Shown one piece after another: positions 11,912-21,147 of a stretch of 64,000 nt of DNA. The DNA is from Piedraia hortae CBS 480.64 (Eukaryota), in NCBI GenBank assembly GCA_010093745.1, contig MU005958.1, positions 496,001 through 560,000 of the forward strand. The letters run 5' to 3'. Below the pieces are notes generated by a model, which worked only from the letters and a program-made list of their open reading frames with translations, searched no databases and was not told where the DNA came from. The translations under genes were made by a program, and so were the position numbers. Positions within the stretch are counted from its first letter, which is position 1. Every line of letters begins with the position of its first letter.

Positions 11912-12481
11912 TTAATACCTATTCCCCCCCCTCGACGATCGCGCAACCATAGCCGCCATGAAGAGCATCCACAGCAGGAACAACGTGCCAATAATCCAAA
12001 ACGCAAACACGGCCTCCCATTCACTGCAAATCGAATCCTGCTCCAGCCACGCGAGGGTATTGATCGACAAGCCTTTAGCCTGCTGGTTTTCAACATATTT
12101 GTTACAAGCGTCGAGGACGCGGCCGGGGCCGAAGAGCTGAATTGCGGTTTCGATGAGGCCGGTTAGGTAGAGGACGAAGAGGATGAATGCGCCTAGGATG
12201 ACGACACCGGGGAGGAGACGACCTTGAGAGATTAAGGCGAGAAGAATGATGATATAGAGGACCGTAAGCGCGCCGACGGTGATGCCAAAGGGCATGATCC
12301 AGGGAACTCCGAGCCCGAGATGCTGTTGCTGGACGAGGAAGGTGGAGTAGATCCCGATTAAGACGCCGCCGGTGGCAAGCATGATTAGCGTCCAGAGGTT
12401 GAGCTGAAGGTCCGGCCAGAAGTAGGACTGCGTTACGGCGACGCGCGAGACGCGCGAGCGGGAGTGCGTTGAGCGAGCCAT
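11912..12481 (-). CDS. Four-transmembrane membrane protein (MARVEL-like), function unknown
   Basis: 189-aa ORF with four hydrophobic helices and a Cys pair in the second loop. Confidence 0.65.
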   Translation of the reverse strand: MARSTHSRSRVSRVAVTQSYFWPDLQLNLWTLIMLATGGVLIGIYSTFLVQQQHLGLGVPWIMPFGITVGALTVLYIIILLALISQGRLLPGVVILGAFILFVLYLTGLIETAIQLFGPGRVLDACNKYVENQQAKGLSINTLAWLEQDSICSEWEAVFAFWIIGTLFLLWMLFMAAMVARSSRGGNRY

Positions 12482-12512
12482 GGTGGTGAGAAGGTGGTGG
12501 AGGTGGATGTTT

Positions 12513-12662
12513 GGAGGAGGAGGAGGAGGAGGAGAAGGAGGAGGTCGAGGTCGAGGTGTCGCTCGCGGAATGAGGTGCGCGATGTGTCGCTATGCGGAAG
12601 CGATGCGCGGTGAATGCCGAGTGGTGGTGGTGGTGGTGGTGGTGGTGGTGGTGGTGGTGGTG
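12513..12662. repeat. Microsatellites (GGA)~10 and (GTG)14 upstream of the 4-TM gene
   Basis: Directly visible at 12513-12543 and 12621-12662. Confidence 0.9.
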
Positions 12663-13362
12663 TGCGGTGAATATCGAGTGGTAGCGTGTTGCGCAAAGGG
12701 AGCGCAGAAGCTCTTCTAGAAACCTGCGACGCTAAAATTCGTGGCTGGAAGTCTTTAGCGTGGCGGGGTGGATGTCACACTTCCAGCCCCACGCGACCTG
12801 TAATTTGGTGACGTCATTGCGAGAGCGCGTTCGCACAGTCGAATCACCCGACGGGGTGCGAAGTGCGATAACTCGACCTTTGAGTCGTCAGTTTGTAGCA
12901 ACTGAGATAGCACTCTCCTGAAAAGCTTCAATGCCAAAAAGCTTACCTCATCCCGAGGTACCTTTTCCTCTTCGTCCAATTTCCCCGCCGCCCTGAGAAC
13001 GCAACGGAAAGCTCTACGTATTCTTATGACTTGAGATGTTTGGACTCTGCAGATACCACGTGGCTGACAGTCGAGTCTCCTTGCGCAATAACGTCCGCTA
13101 ACAAAGTCTTTTTGCAACGGCTGTGCATTGCGCAGGGGCAAGTGAACCCTTTACAGATACCTCAGCTGTCAAAACTGTGTGCAGAATGACAGTTTATGAG
13201 GATCGTTGTCATAAACCTGACTGGCGACTATGTACATCAACAACCGTACTTGAGCTGCAAGTACTTTTCCATGCGTGAATCCGTTGTAAAAACGCCCAAT
13301 GCCCATCAACGCCATGGAATGCCCGCCCAATGCTCTCTACTCGCTCATTACTATTACCCTTC

Positions 13363-14266
13363 TCATTCTGCCAATCGTCGAACCATGGAAATGCTGAGGA
13401 TCATACTCAACAAGCCAATGGTGACGATGAGGAGCAACGTGAACCCGAACCACCCGAGCACCATTGCTGCAGTGCCGACTCCGCTTCGTACGACCCCGTT
13501 GCCGAAATCTTGTGCCACTTGTGCCGCTGCCACACTGGCTGTGTGCTGCCATAGGACGCTGACCAGGACAAAAATGCTGCTGATGAATATCAGAGCCAAT
13601 GCGACCTGTGACACTGCCCGTGACGGGAACGGCTTGATGTCAATGTCTTTTCCGTAAGCATCTCGCTCTTCGTGCCAGCCTGGGAACGTCGCCAGGAGCA
13701 AGAGAGTTACGAATGCCAAGATGAGGGCGATGATTCTATAACTGTCAGTTTTTCTGCTACTGCATTTCGGCCTGATGGATACTAACATCAAGTAGGGAAA
13801 CACGACGAGGTTCTTAAAGGTCTCGGCCACCCAGATCAGATTCAGAGGGTCTTGGTCAACGCTGACCTGCTGGGCCAGCAACGTGGCGTTGTCCGAACAC
13901 AGAAAACTGCCGCCGTCCGGGTTCACGCAGACGCCAAAGTATCCAACGCGGACTTCCAACTGGGCCTGACCGACAATGTTGGCCAGCGCCGCACTGACGC
14001 TCGGATCGACTTGTGTCGGGTTATACGTCGGCGTGTAGCCGTTGTAGAAGAAGGATATGAGGAAGATGCTTGGAATGAGCGGCGAGGAGGAGGAGCATCC
14101 GGCAAGAAGGAGGGCTACAAGGGCGATTGTCAGTCCAGTCTTTGGTTCCCCTGGCACTCTACTCACACAATAGGATTATGGCAATGGCGATGAGGATCAT
14201 CAACAGATGATGGAGGCCCAGAAACGGGATGAACCGCTGGAGAGCAACGGCATGCCGCAGCGCCAT
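13363..14266 (-). CDS. FIG1: Ca2+ regulator and membrane-fusion protein Fig1 (claudin-like)
   Basis: LEVRVGYFGVC...C claudin-like motif, DPLNLIWVA, ATFPGW and LWQHTASVAA. Exon 1 (MALRHAVALQRFIPFLG...) starts at ATG 14266; introns 14115-14166 and 13736-13786. Confidence 0.85.
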
Positions 14267-14599
14267 TGTCTTGCGCGTGTGGAATGTATGCGCTGGAATG
14301 CGCTCGAGGAATGCGCCGAGTCAAATGGCAGTCGCTCGGCTGTGAGAAATGTGTCAGAATCTGTCTCCGTGTGTTGGGGAAGATGCTCAGCTGCGCCCAG
14401 CGAATCCGTAGGGCAAATCAAGAGTTGGATGAAATCAGAGAGGTCGGTGTGTGGCTGGTTGTGCATCCTGTCACGTCCCCGTTGGCCCAGCGATCATGTT
14501 ACAATTTGCCCCACCTGAAATTTCCCCGGTGATACCCATGACATAAACCATCACGTGATAAAGTCACATGACTCATTAGCCAGCAATGATAGCAACCAG

Positions 14600-16169
14600 A
14601 TGGCGATAACGATGGCGGCCTCAGACCGGCCATTGAAGAAGGGGAGTGGCTGCTGTAGGGGACTAATAGCTTGCCGATAGCTTTTGGCTGACAGAAATAG
14701 ACCATGTTCAAAGGCTCATGGAAGCAGCCCACCAAGATGCGGTTGAAGGCTATACCAAAATCGTGAAGGCTTTGAAGGCTGGGCCTGGAATAGCTACACA
14801 GACGTACAGGGTCCCTCAAACCCAAGAAGTCCGCATTTCCATCCAACCGTCCTACATTTGTCTCCAATGCGGCCACGTAAGCAAAAATCGCGAAAGGCAC
14901 ATTAAGCAGCACCCTTTCGGTAGAATTTTCTCTTGGATATAACAATTGGCATACTAACCAACATGAACAGCGATCGAGTCTACGGAAGGGCTGGTGTACT
15001 GTTATGATTGTCACGATTTCGTCTACCACAGGGAATTCGAAGAGATTCGCACTGGGGGGAGGGTGAAAAGTGCACGAGTAAACGCCGAGGAGGAGCAGAT
15101 GATATCCTCACACACTTCCAAACTGCCATGTTCAGCCGTCGGTCTCCGTGGGCTGTACAATATGGGCCAAACATGCTTCATGTCTGTGATCCTACAAGCC
15201 TTGCTTCACAACCCTCTAATTCGGGCTTATTACTTGGCTGAAGGCCACAAAAGCTCGGAATGCGAGCGAGAAACTTGCACCGCCTGTGCATTGGACGACA
15301 TGTTTACGCAGTTCTACGGCGACGAGAAGCACGAAGGCTACGGCGCTGTGAATATGCTACAAGCTAGCTGGAAAGGCGACGGCGGCCTGGCCGGATACAG
15401 CCAGCAAGACGCTCATGAATATCTGGGTTTCATCTTGAACAGCCTCCACGGGGCACTGACTGAAGGCGATGAGGAAAACACATCAAATCGCGACTGCCAT
15501 TGTGCTATCCACCAAACCTTTGGAGGACTTCTCAGAAGCACAGTTACTTGTGCAGACTGCGGTGCTGTTAATAGCACCGTGGATCCGTTCATGGACCTTT
15601 CACTCGACCTTAAACTGGCCCCTTTGAATTTTAAGAAGAAAAAGCTCCCCGCCACTCAGCAGACGGTCAAGGAAATCCTCCCTCTAGATCTAGCCGACTG
15701 TCTCGGCCGCTTCACCGGAGCAGAGACTCTTGGACGAGAGAGCGAATACAAATGTCGCAGTTGCGCATCCGCATCTGGCGCGAAGAAGCATTTGGAAATC
15801 GAACGCGTACCGCTTGTGCTTCCTATCCATCTAAAACGGTTCTCACACAGTCGATCGCTTAAAGAAAGCAAAAAAATCGATTCAAAAGTCAGGTTTCCTC
15901 TCAATCTCGACATTGCGCCTTATGTCGTTGGCGGGACCCTGGACTCTTTTAGTGCTGCTGATCAAGGTTTGCAGTACACCCTCAGCAGTGTCATAGTGCA
16001 CAAGGGTAAGATGGACAGCGGTCACTACATTTCGTACGCTAGACAGGGACCGCACGAATGGTTCCGGTTTGACGATAGCATGGTGGTCGAGGTTGATGAG
16101 AGGGAGGTTCTCGGAGCGGAAGCTTATATGCTCTTCTACGTCAATGTTGCTCCTCCGATTGAGCAGTGA
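14600..16169 (+). CDS. UBP8: SAGA deubiquitinase (USP family with N-terminal zf-UBP)
   Basis: Cys box GLYNMGQTCFMS, QQDAHE, His box VHKGKMDSGHY and WFRFDD; zf-UBP CxxC motifs. Introns 14655-14700 and 14920-14970. The start could be 14600 or 14612. Confidence 0.9.
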
Positions 16170-16572
16170 TTGCATTGGTTTGTTTGAAGTTTACAATCAA
16201 TAGTTTGTCACTCGGTTCTGGACAGCTTTCAAATTCTTCCGCCTCGAAGCCTGTCTCCCATCTGCTGACTCTCTGTGCTTAGTGTTAAACCATCGGCTGC
16301 CTGATCGAACAACTATGGGTCAACAGGAAGTCAAATTTGCAACATCATATGCCTCATCGGGTAAGGGCTCCCAGCATTCTGGAATCCCATGAAGGAGGCA
16401 TCCGATCCACCCCGATGGAAACATCCACGCAATCAGCCTGGACGCACTGTCTCGCCCGCCACAGTGGAGAAAAACCAAGCAACCTGTAATCTTTTCAAGG
16501 AGAAAACCGGCCCAGTCCATCTCACTGTCATGTCCAGTACCATTCTCCCACCACATCTCCCATCCCTCCAAG

Positions 16573-18229
16573 ATGGCAAGGCACAACAACACGGCTGAAA
16601 AGCAAAGCACCTCAACCTCCCTCGAAAACGGCAACCTCTTCCAAAACGGAAATCTAATCTACCAACCCGCGCCCACCTCCGACCCGCGAGACCCTCTCAA
16701 CCTTCCCTTCGGACGAAAATGCCTCAGCATAGCGCTCCTCTGCCTCTTCGGTGCGTTAGCAGCCGCCGCGGAGGTGATTCTGGGCGGGCTCCTCCCCGTC
16801 TTCGTATTACAATACGCAGGCCAGAACCCCTCAGAAGTCCTCCTCGCGCTCTCCAATATCGGAGGCCTCCCGGAAGGGGAGCAGCCTCTCTCCTCGTTGG
16901 AAAAACTCTCAAAAGCAAACGGCGGCCTGCCGCTATGGCAGGTGTATCTCCTCGCTTCGCTGCCGGTGTTGATGATGGGGTTGTGTAACCTCCTTTTCAT
17001 ACCCATTTCAATCGCAGTCGGGAGGAGGCCGGTTATGCTGTCTTGCGGTGTGTTGGCTATTGTTGGGGCCGTTTGGGCGGGTTTCAGCCAGAGTCTGCCT
17101 TCGCATCTGGGCGCGAGGTGTGTTCAGGCGCTTGGGGCGGGGACGGTGGAAAGTCTCATCCCTTTCATTATCCAGGATTTGGTATTCGTGCACCAGAGGA
17201 ATACTTGGATCTCGACGATTTTCGCTACGCAGGGTGTTGTTATCGTTGCGTTGGGGGCGGCGGTGCCGCATGTGATTCTCTACTTGGGTTGGAGGTATGC
17301 GTATTGGATCACGGCGATCGCGGCGCTGGTGTTATTGATGGGAGTGTTCTTCACCCTGCCGGAGACGAGGTGGGCTCGGAGTATAGCTGAGATGGGTGAG
17401 TTGGTAGTCAACCCTTTCAAGCTTGCCTATTGACAGACTTTTTGTAGATGGAATCCCAAGGGAAGAAGACAAAGACGCACCTCCATACCCCCAAAGAACC
17501 CTCAAACACGACCTTGCCCTCTTCCACGGAGATCTGTCCTGGAAACTAGGCTGGGAAGCACTCGTCTCAATCCTCCAAACCTTCTTCTACCCCCAAGTCC
17601 TCTTTATTACACTCCTAAACAGCATCATGATCGGCGCAACCTTCGCAGCAACATACACCCTCAGCCCAGCACTACTAACCCACCCATGGTCCTGGAAATT
17701 CAGCCAGTTAGGCTACAGCCTCCTCCCGGGCCTCATCGCAGCGTTAGCAGTCGCAGCAGTAACCGGCAAAGCCGCCGACATGCTCGCCAATCTCGCCGCC
17801 AAACGTCGCGGCCGCCGCGTCCCGGAGAACCAGCTCATCAACCTCGTCCTACCCACGGTGAGCGGGATCGTGGGATCCACCATCTTTGGGGTCTCCGGAA
17901 GCCGCGCAGGGGAGTACCACTGGGGCATCTTCCTCCTCGGAATGGGCCTCCTGGTATTCGCTTTTCTAGGAACAAGCACCGTCGGCGCAGTGTACGTATT
18001 GGAAGTGTACCCCCGCCTCGCGGGTGCGGCGTTGGCGAATATCGCCTCCTTCCGCTGCCTCGTGGCATTCATCCTCTCGTTCCGAATATCAGAATGGGTG
18101 CTCGAGATGGGATACTTACACTCCATGCTAATCTACACATCCCTCATGTCCGCTTTCGCGCTCATGATCCCGGTGCTATACATCTACGGACCAGCGTGGA
18201 GGAAAAAATGGCCGGGTTACTGTTCGTAG
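16573..18229 (+). CDS. Major facilitator superfamily transporter
   Basis: PAPTSDPRDPLN leader, VGRRPV motif A-like sequence, LPET and ~12 hydrophobic segments. Intron 17396-17447 joins the two ORFs in frame. Confidence 0.85.
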
Positions 18230-18234
18230 CTAAG

Positions 18235-19716
18235 CTATTCTAACCATCTCTTTTTGAATTTGACGCGAAACCCAGCTCTCTTGACGAACCAATTGTTCAC
18301 GCACTTCCCTTCACTCACCATCTCGAGGTCGTAACTCCTCATAAGGGTTGGTACGAGTTTATAGATTTCTAACAGGCTGACATGTCGTCCGAGACATGTC
18401 CTCCCCCCTGCTCCGAATTGGAACATGGCTGCTTTCATTTTATTTAGTTGTGTGGGTGGGACGTCGAGCCAGCGTTCCGGACGAAAGGAATCGACGTCTT
18501 CCCCGAAGACTTCCGGACGGCGGTGCAGGACCCACGCGTTGCAGCCTACGATCGTCCCCCCCGGTATGAATGTACCGTTGATGTCTGCTCCGCAGGGGGG
18601 AACGATCCGTTCGAGAGTGAGCCCCGCGGCGGGGTGGAGGCGGAAGGATTCGCGGATTACCGCGTCGAGGTAGGTGAGGGATTGGGCTTGGGACCAGGAG
18701 ACTATATGGGAGGTTGGGGTTGAGTCGAGTTCATGCTGGAGTTTGGTGTAGCAATTTGAGTGTTTGAGGAGGTGGTAGAATACTGCGCAGAGGGAGATGG
18801 CGGTTGTTTCGGAGCCAGCGAAAATCATGCTTGTGCAGGAGGCCAGGACTTGGGAGTCGGTCATGATTGTTGGGTGGGCGTGTTGCGCCGAGTGGAATTT
18901 CGAGAGGAGGTCTCGTTGAGAGGAGGAGGGCTGCTTCGCGGCTCGCTCTGATTCCCGTTCGAGAGCAAAGCGCGTGATGGCAAAGACGGTTGTGCTGATT
19001 CCAAGTTTCTGGAGGTAGAGACGGAGTGGGTTCTTCAGCCAGATTTTGTCTAGCCAAGGCATTTGGCCCACGGGGCTTGCGTAGGCGAGGAATTTTCCTA
19101 GGAAAGAGATGATTCCATCAACGTCCTCACCTCGCTCGAGGAAGCCGATTCGCTTGCTCCAGGTTAGTTCGCCGACGACGTCAAAGGCAAAGTACTGCAT
19201 CCAGGTTGAGAGGTCGCATTCGGCACCAGTGGATGCGTACCGTCGATCGGTCTCGCGCATGAAAACTTTCAGCGTTGAGTCTACGAGAGACTCGTATTGG
19301 ACGATGGTTGTCATGCTAAAGGCTGCGTTGATGCAGCGTTTGTACCGCGCGTGGTAGGCTTCGTCTTGCGTGCTGAATAAAGACTGAAGCCGTTCACCCT
19401 TGGATACTGCCTGTTGCACGGGATAAAAATCCGACTTGATCATGCCCTTGTTGAGGCCGTAGATGGAGGGAATGCATGCTGGGTCGGCAAAAGAGAGTGC
19501 ATTTGGGCCCAGTCGGACTATATCGCCGTGCTTTCTGTGTAGCGCCACATGAATTTGCTCTGTTTGTCGTCCTAGAGCACTGAAGAACCGCCATAGGTTT
19601 GTGTATCCGGCTAGAGCTGGACCGGGGTACTGTGAGAGTCCCTTGTTTCGTTTGTTAACAATAAGATGGACAACAAGCAGAGCTGCTACCACAATCAACC
19701 AGATTATCAATGTCAT
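18235..19716 (-). CDS. Cytochrome P450 (pisatin demethylase-like group)
   Basis: N-terminal TM anchor and PGP hinge, AGSETT I-helix, ESFR (ExxR), FRPERW and heme motif FGAGGRTCLG. Intronless; ATG at 19716. Confidence 0.93.
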   Translation of the reverse strand: MTLIIWLIVVAALLVVHLIVNKRNKGLSQYPGPALAGYTNLWRFFSALGRQTEQIHVALHRKHGDIVRLGPNALSFADPACIPSIYGLNKGMIKSDFYPVQQAVSKGERLQSLFSTQDEAYHARYKRCINAAFSMTTIVQYESLVDSTLKVFMRETDRRYASTGAECDLSTWMQYFAFDVVGELTWSKRIGFLERGEDVDGIISFLGKFLAYASPVGQMPWLDKIWLKNPLRLYLQKLGISTTVFAITRFALERESERAAKQPSSSQRDLLSKFHSAQHAHPTIMTDSQVLASCTSMIFAGSETTAISLCAVFYHLLKHSNCYTKLQHELDSTPTSHIVSWSQAQSLTYLDAVIRESFRLHPAAGLTLERIVPPCGADINGTFIPGGTIVGCNAWVLHRRPEVFGEDVDSFRPERWLDVPPTQLNKMKAAMFQFGAGGRTCLGRHVSLLEIYKLVPTLMRSYDLEMVSEGKCVNNWFVKRAGFRVKFKKRWLE

Positions 19717-19829
19717 GATGATGTCTTGAATCGTTGCATGTTGAACTACTTTGGCCCACAAGTGAGGGGATGTCCTCCCCCCCGGCGGTTGTGCAAGGCC
19801 GCAGAAGTACATGCAGGGCTAAATATAAA

Positions 19830-21002
19830 TCACTCCTCTTCGCTAATTTCTTCTTCCTCCTCTGCCCTCTGTGCCTCTTCCAGCGCAGCCGCGAGTTGGG
19901 CGCCGAGATCATCACCGTCTGAGTCCGGCTCGGCAATGGCAGCCGCGGGCAGCTCTTCAACATCTCCGTCGTCATCATCAGCAGGCTCCTCGTCAACATC
20001 GATGACTTCTTCTTCCCGCTTTGGAAGCACTAGAGGCGCTGGGTTGGCAGCCCCATCCGACTTGTTTAACAAAGGGGGTCTTCTTTCCTCCTCAGGCGTG
20101 GGATTGTCCAGTATAAGCTCCCCAAAGTCTGAGCCCGCGGCGTCGACACTGGTTGGCGTATCCGCGCGGGACTTTGGCTGCGGAGTCGGTTCCTTGGCGC
20201 TGAATTCTTTCTTTTCTACTGTCGCTTTAGCAGATCCAGATGCTGTAGGTCTTGGCTCGGCCGACTTTGGCTTGCCGCCGGATGGCGCTTTCCTCGTCCC
20301 GTTGGCCGGTCTCGCTTTCGCCGCTCCTTTTGCTTCCGTAGTCTTCTTCTCCGTGACAGTCGTCTTTGGCTTCTTTTTGACGCTCTCGTCTGCAGATACA
20401 GGTGCCTTCCGCTTCCTATCCAGAGGCAGCGTCTTTGCAGCGGCGGGCCTTGATGGCGCTTCAACCGGCTTGCTGTCGGGCTTCAATGCGCCTATCGCCG
20501 GGCTGGCCTGCGTTTTGACAGCCGGTGCAGCCTCCTCCTGCAGATAGTGTCGATAGTCATACGGGTTGTCTGCGTCCGGCCCACTGGCTCCCCTCATGTC
20601 TGCAGCCGTAATGTGCGCATGCTGCTTCTGCGTCTCGTCCGGCCCAGCTTGAGGCGTAGACTGCAGATTCCACACAAACCGTCCGTCCAGTTTTTCCAAC
20701 ACGGCAGTCCTCGTCTTTCCCTCTCCCTGGAACGTCAATACGTATCCGCCTTCGTCTCCCCCCACCTCCTCGCCGGTCCAGCGCCACACATTGCTCGTTC
20801 CACCTTCGTCAATGCTCAGCAAGCTCCCCGTCTGTTCGCGCAAAACAGTGCCCTTGGAGTCCGGTCGCAACTGCGGCTTGTGGTTGTAACAAAGGCTGAT
20901 GTAGCGTCGAGCCCCGTCGGGCTTGAGTATGCTATCACCCAGGCGGATAGGCACGCCGCCGGGCGCTTCTAGATCAAGCTGGATTGACACTGCGGCAACC
21001 AT
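19830..21002 (-). CDS. Putative ELL-associated factor (EAF)-domain transcription elongation protein
   Basis: PIRLGDSIL...YNHKP...YVLTF...VLEKLD N-terminal domain, NPYDYRHYL and an acidic C-terminus ending ISEEE. Confidence 0.55.
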   Translation of the reverse strand: MVAAVSIQLDLEAPGGVPIRLGDSILKPDGARRYISLCYNHKPQLRPDSKGTVLREQTGSLLSIDEGGTSNVWRWTGEEVGGDEGGYVLTFQGEGKTRTAVLEKLDGRFVWNLQSTPQAGPDETQKQHAHITAADMRGASGPDADNPYDYRHYLQEEAAPAVKTQASPAIGALKPDSKPVEAPSRPAAAKTLPLDRKRKAPVSADESVKKKPKTTVTEKKTTEAKGAAKARPANGTRKAPSGGKPKSAEPRPTASGSAKATVEKKEFSAKEPTPQPKSRADTPTSVDAAGSDFGELILDNPTPEEERRPPLLNKSDGAANPAPLVLPKREEEVIDVDEEPADDDDGDVEELPAAAIAEPDSDGDDLGAQLAAALEEAQRAEEEEEISEEE

Positions 21003-21147
21003 GGTGCTGATGTTTGACAAAATTAGCCTGGTCAAGGGTATAAGGGTCAAAACGTGACACACAAGACGTATGGGGCAATCACACAATGCACGTGATGAGT
21101 CATGGAAACAAAGACGGAAAGCTTTTCATCCGAGCCTAGAACGCTAT

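Noticed and set aside
16573..19716. Secondary-metabolite gene cluster
   Set aside because: No PKS, NRPS, terpene synthase or cluster transcription factor is present, and the flanking genes are housekeeping.
19666..20547. 293-aa plus-strand ORF
   Set aside because: Antisense shadow of the low-complexity EAF-like gene.
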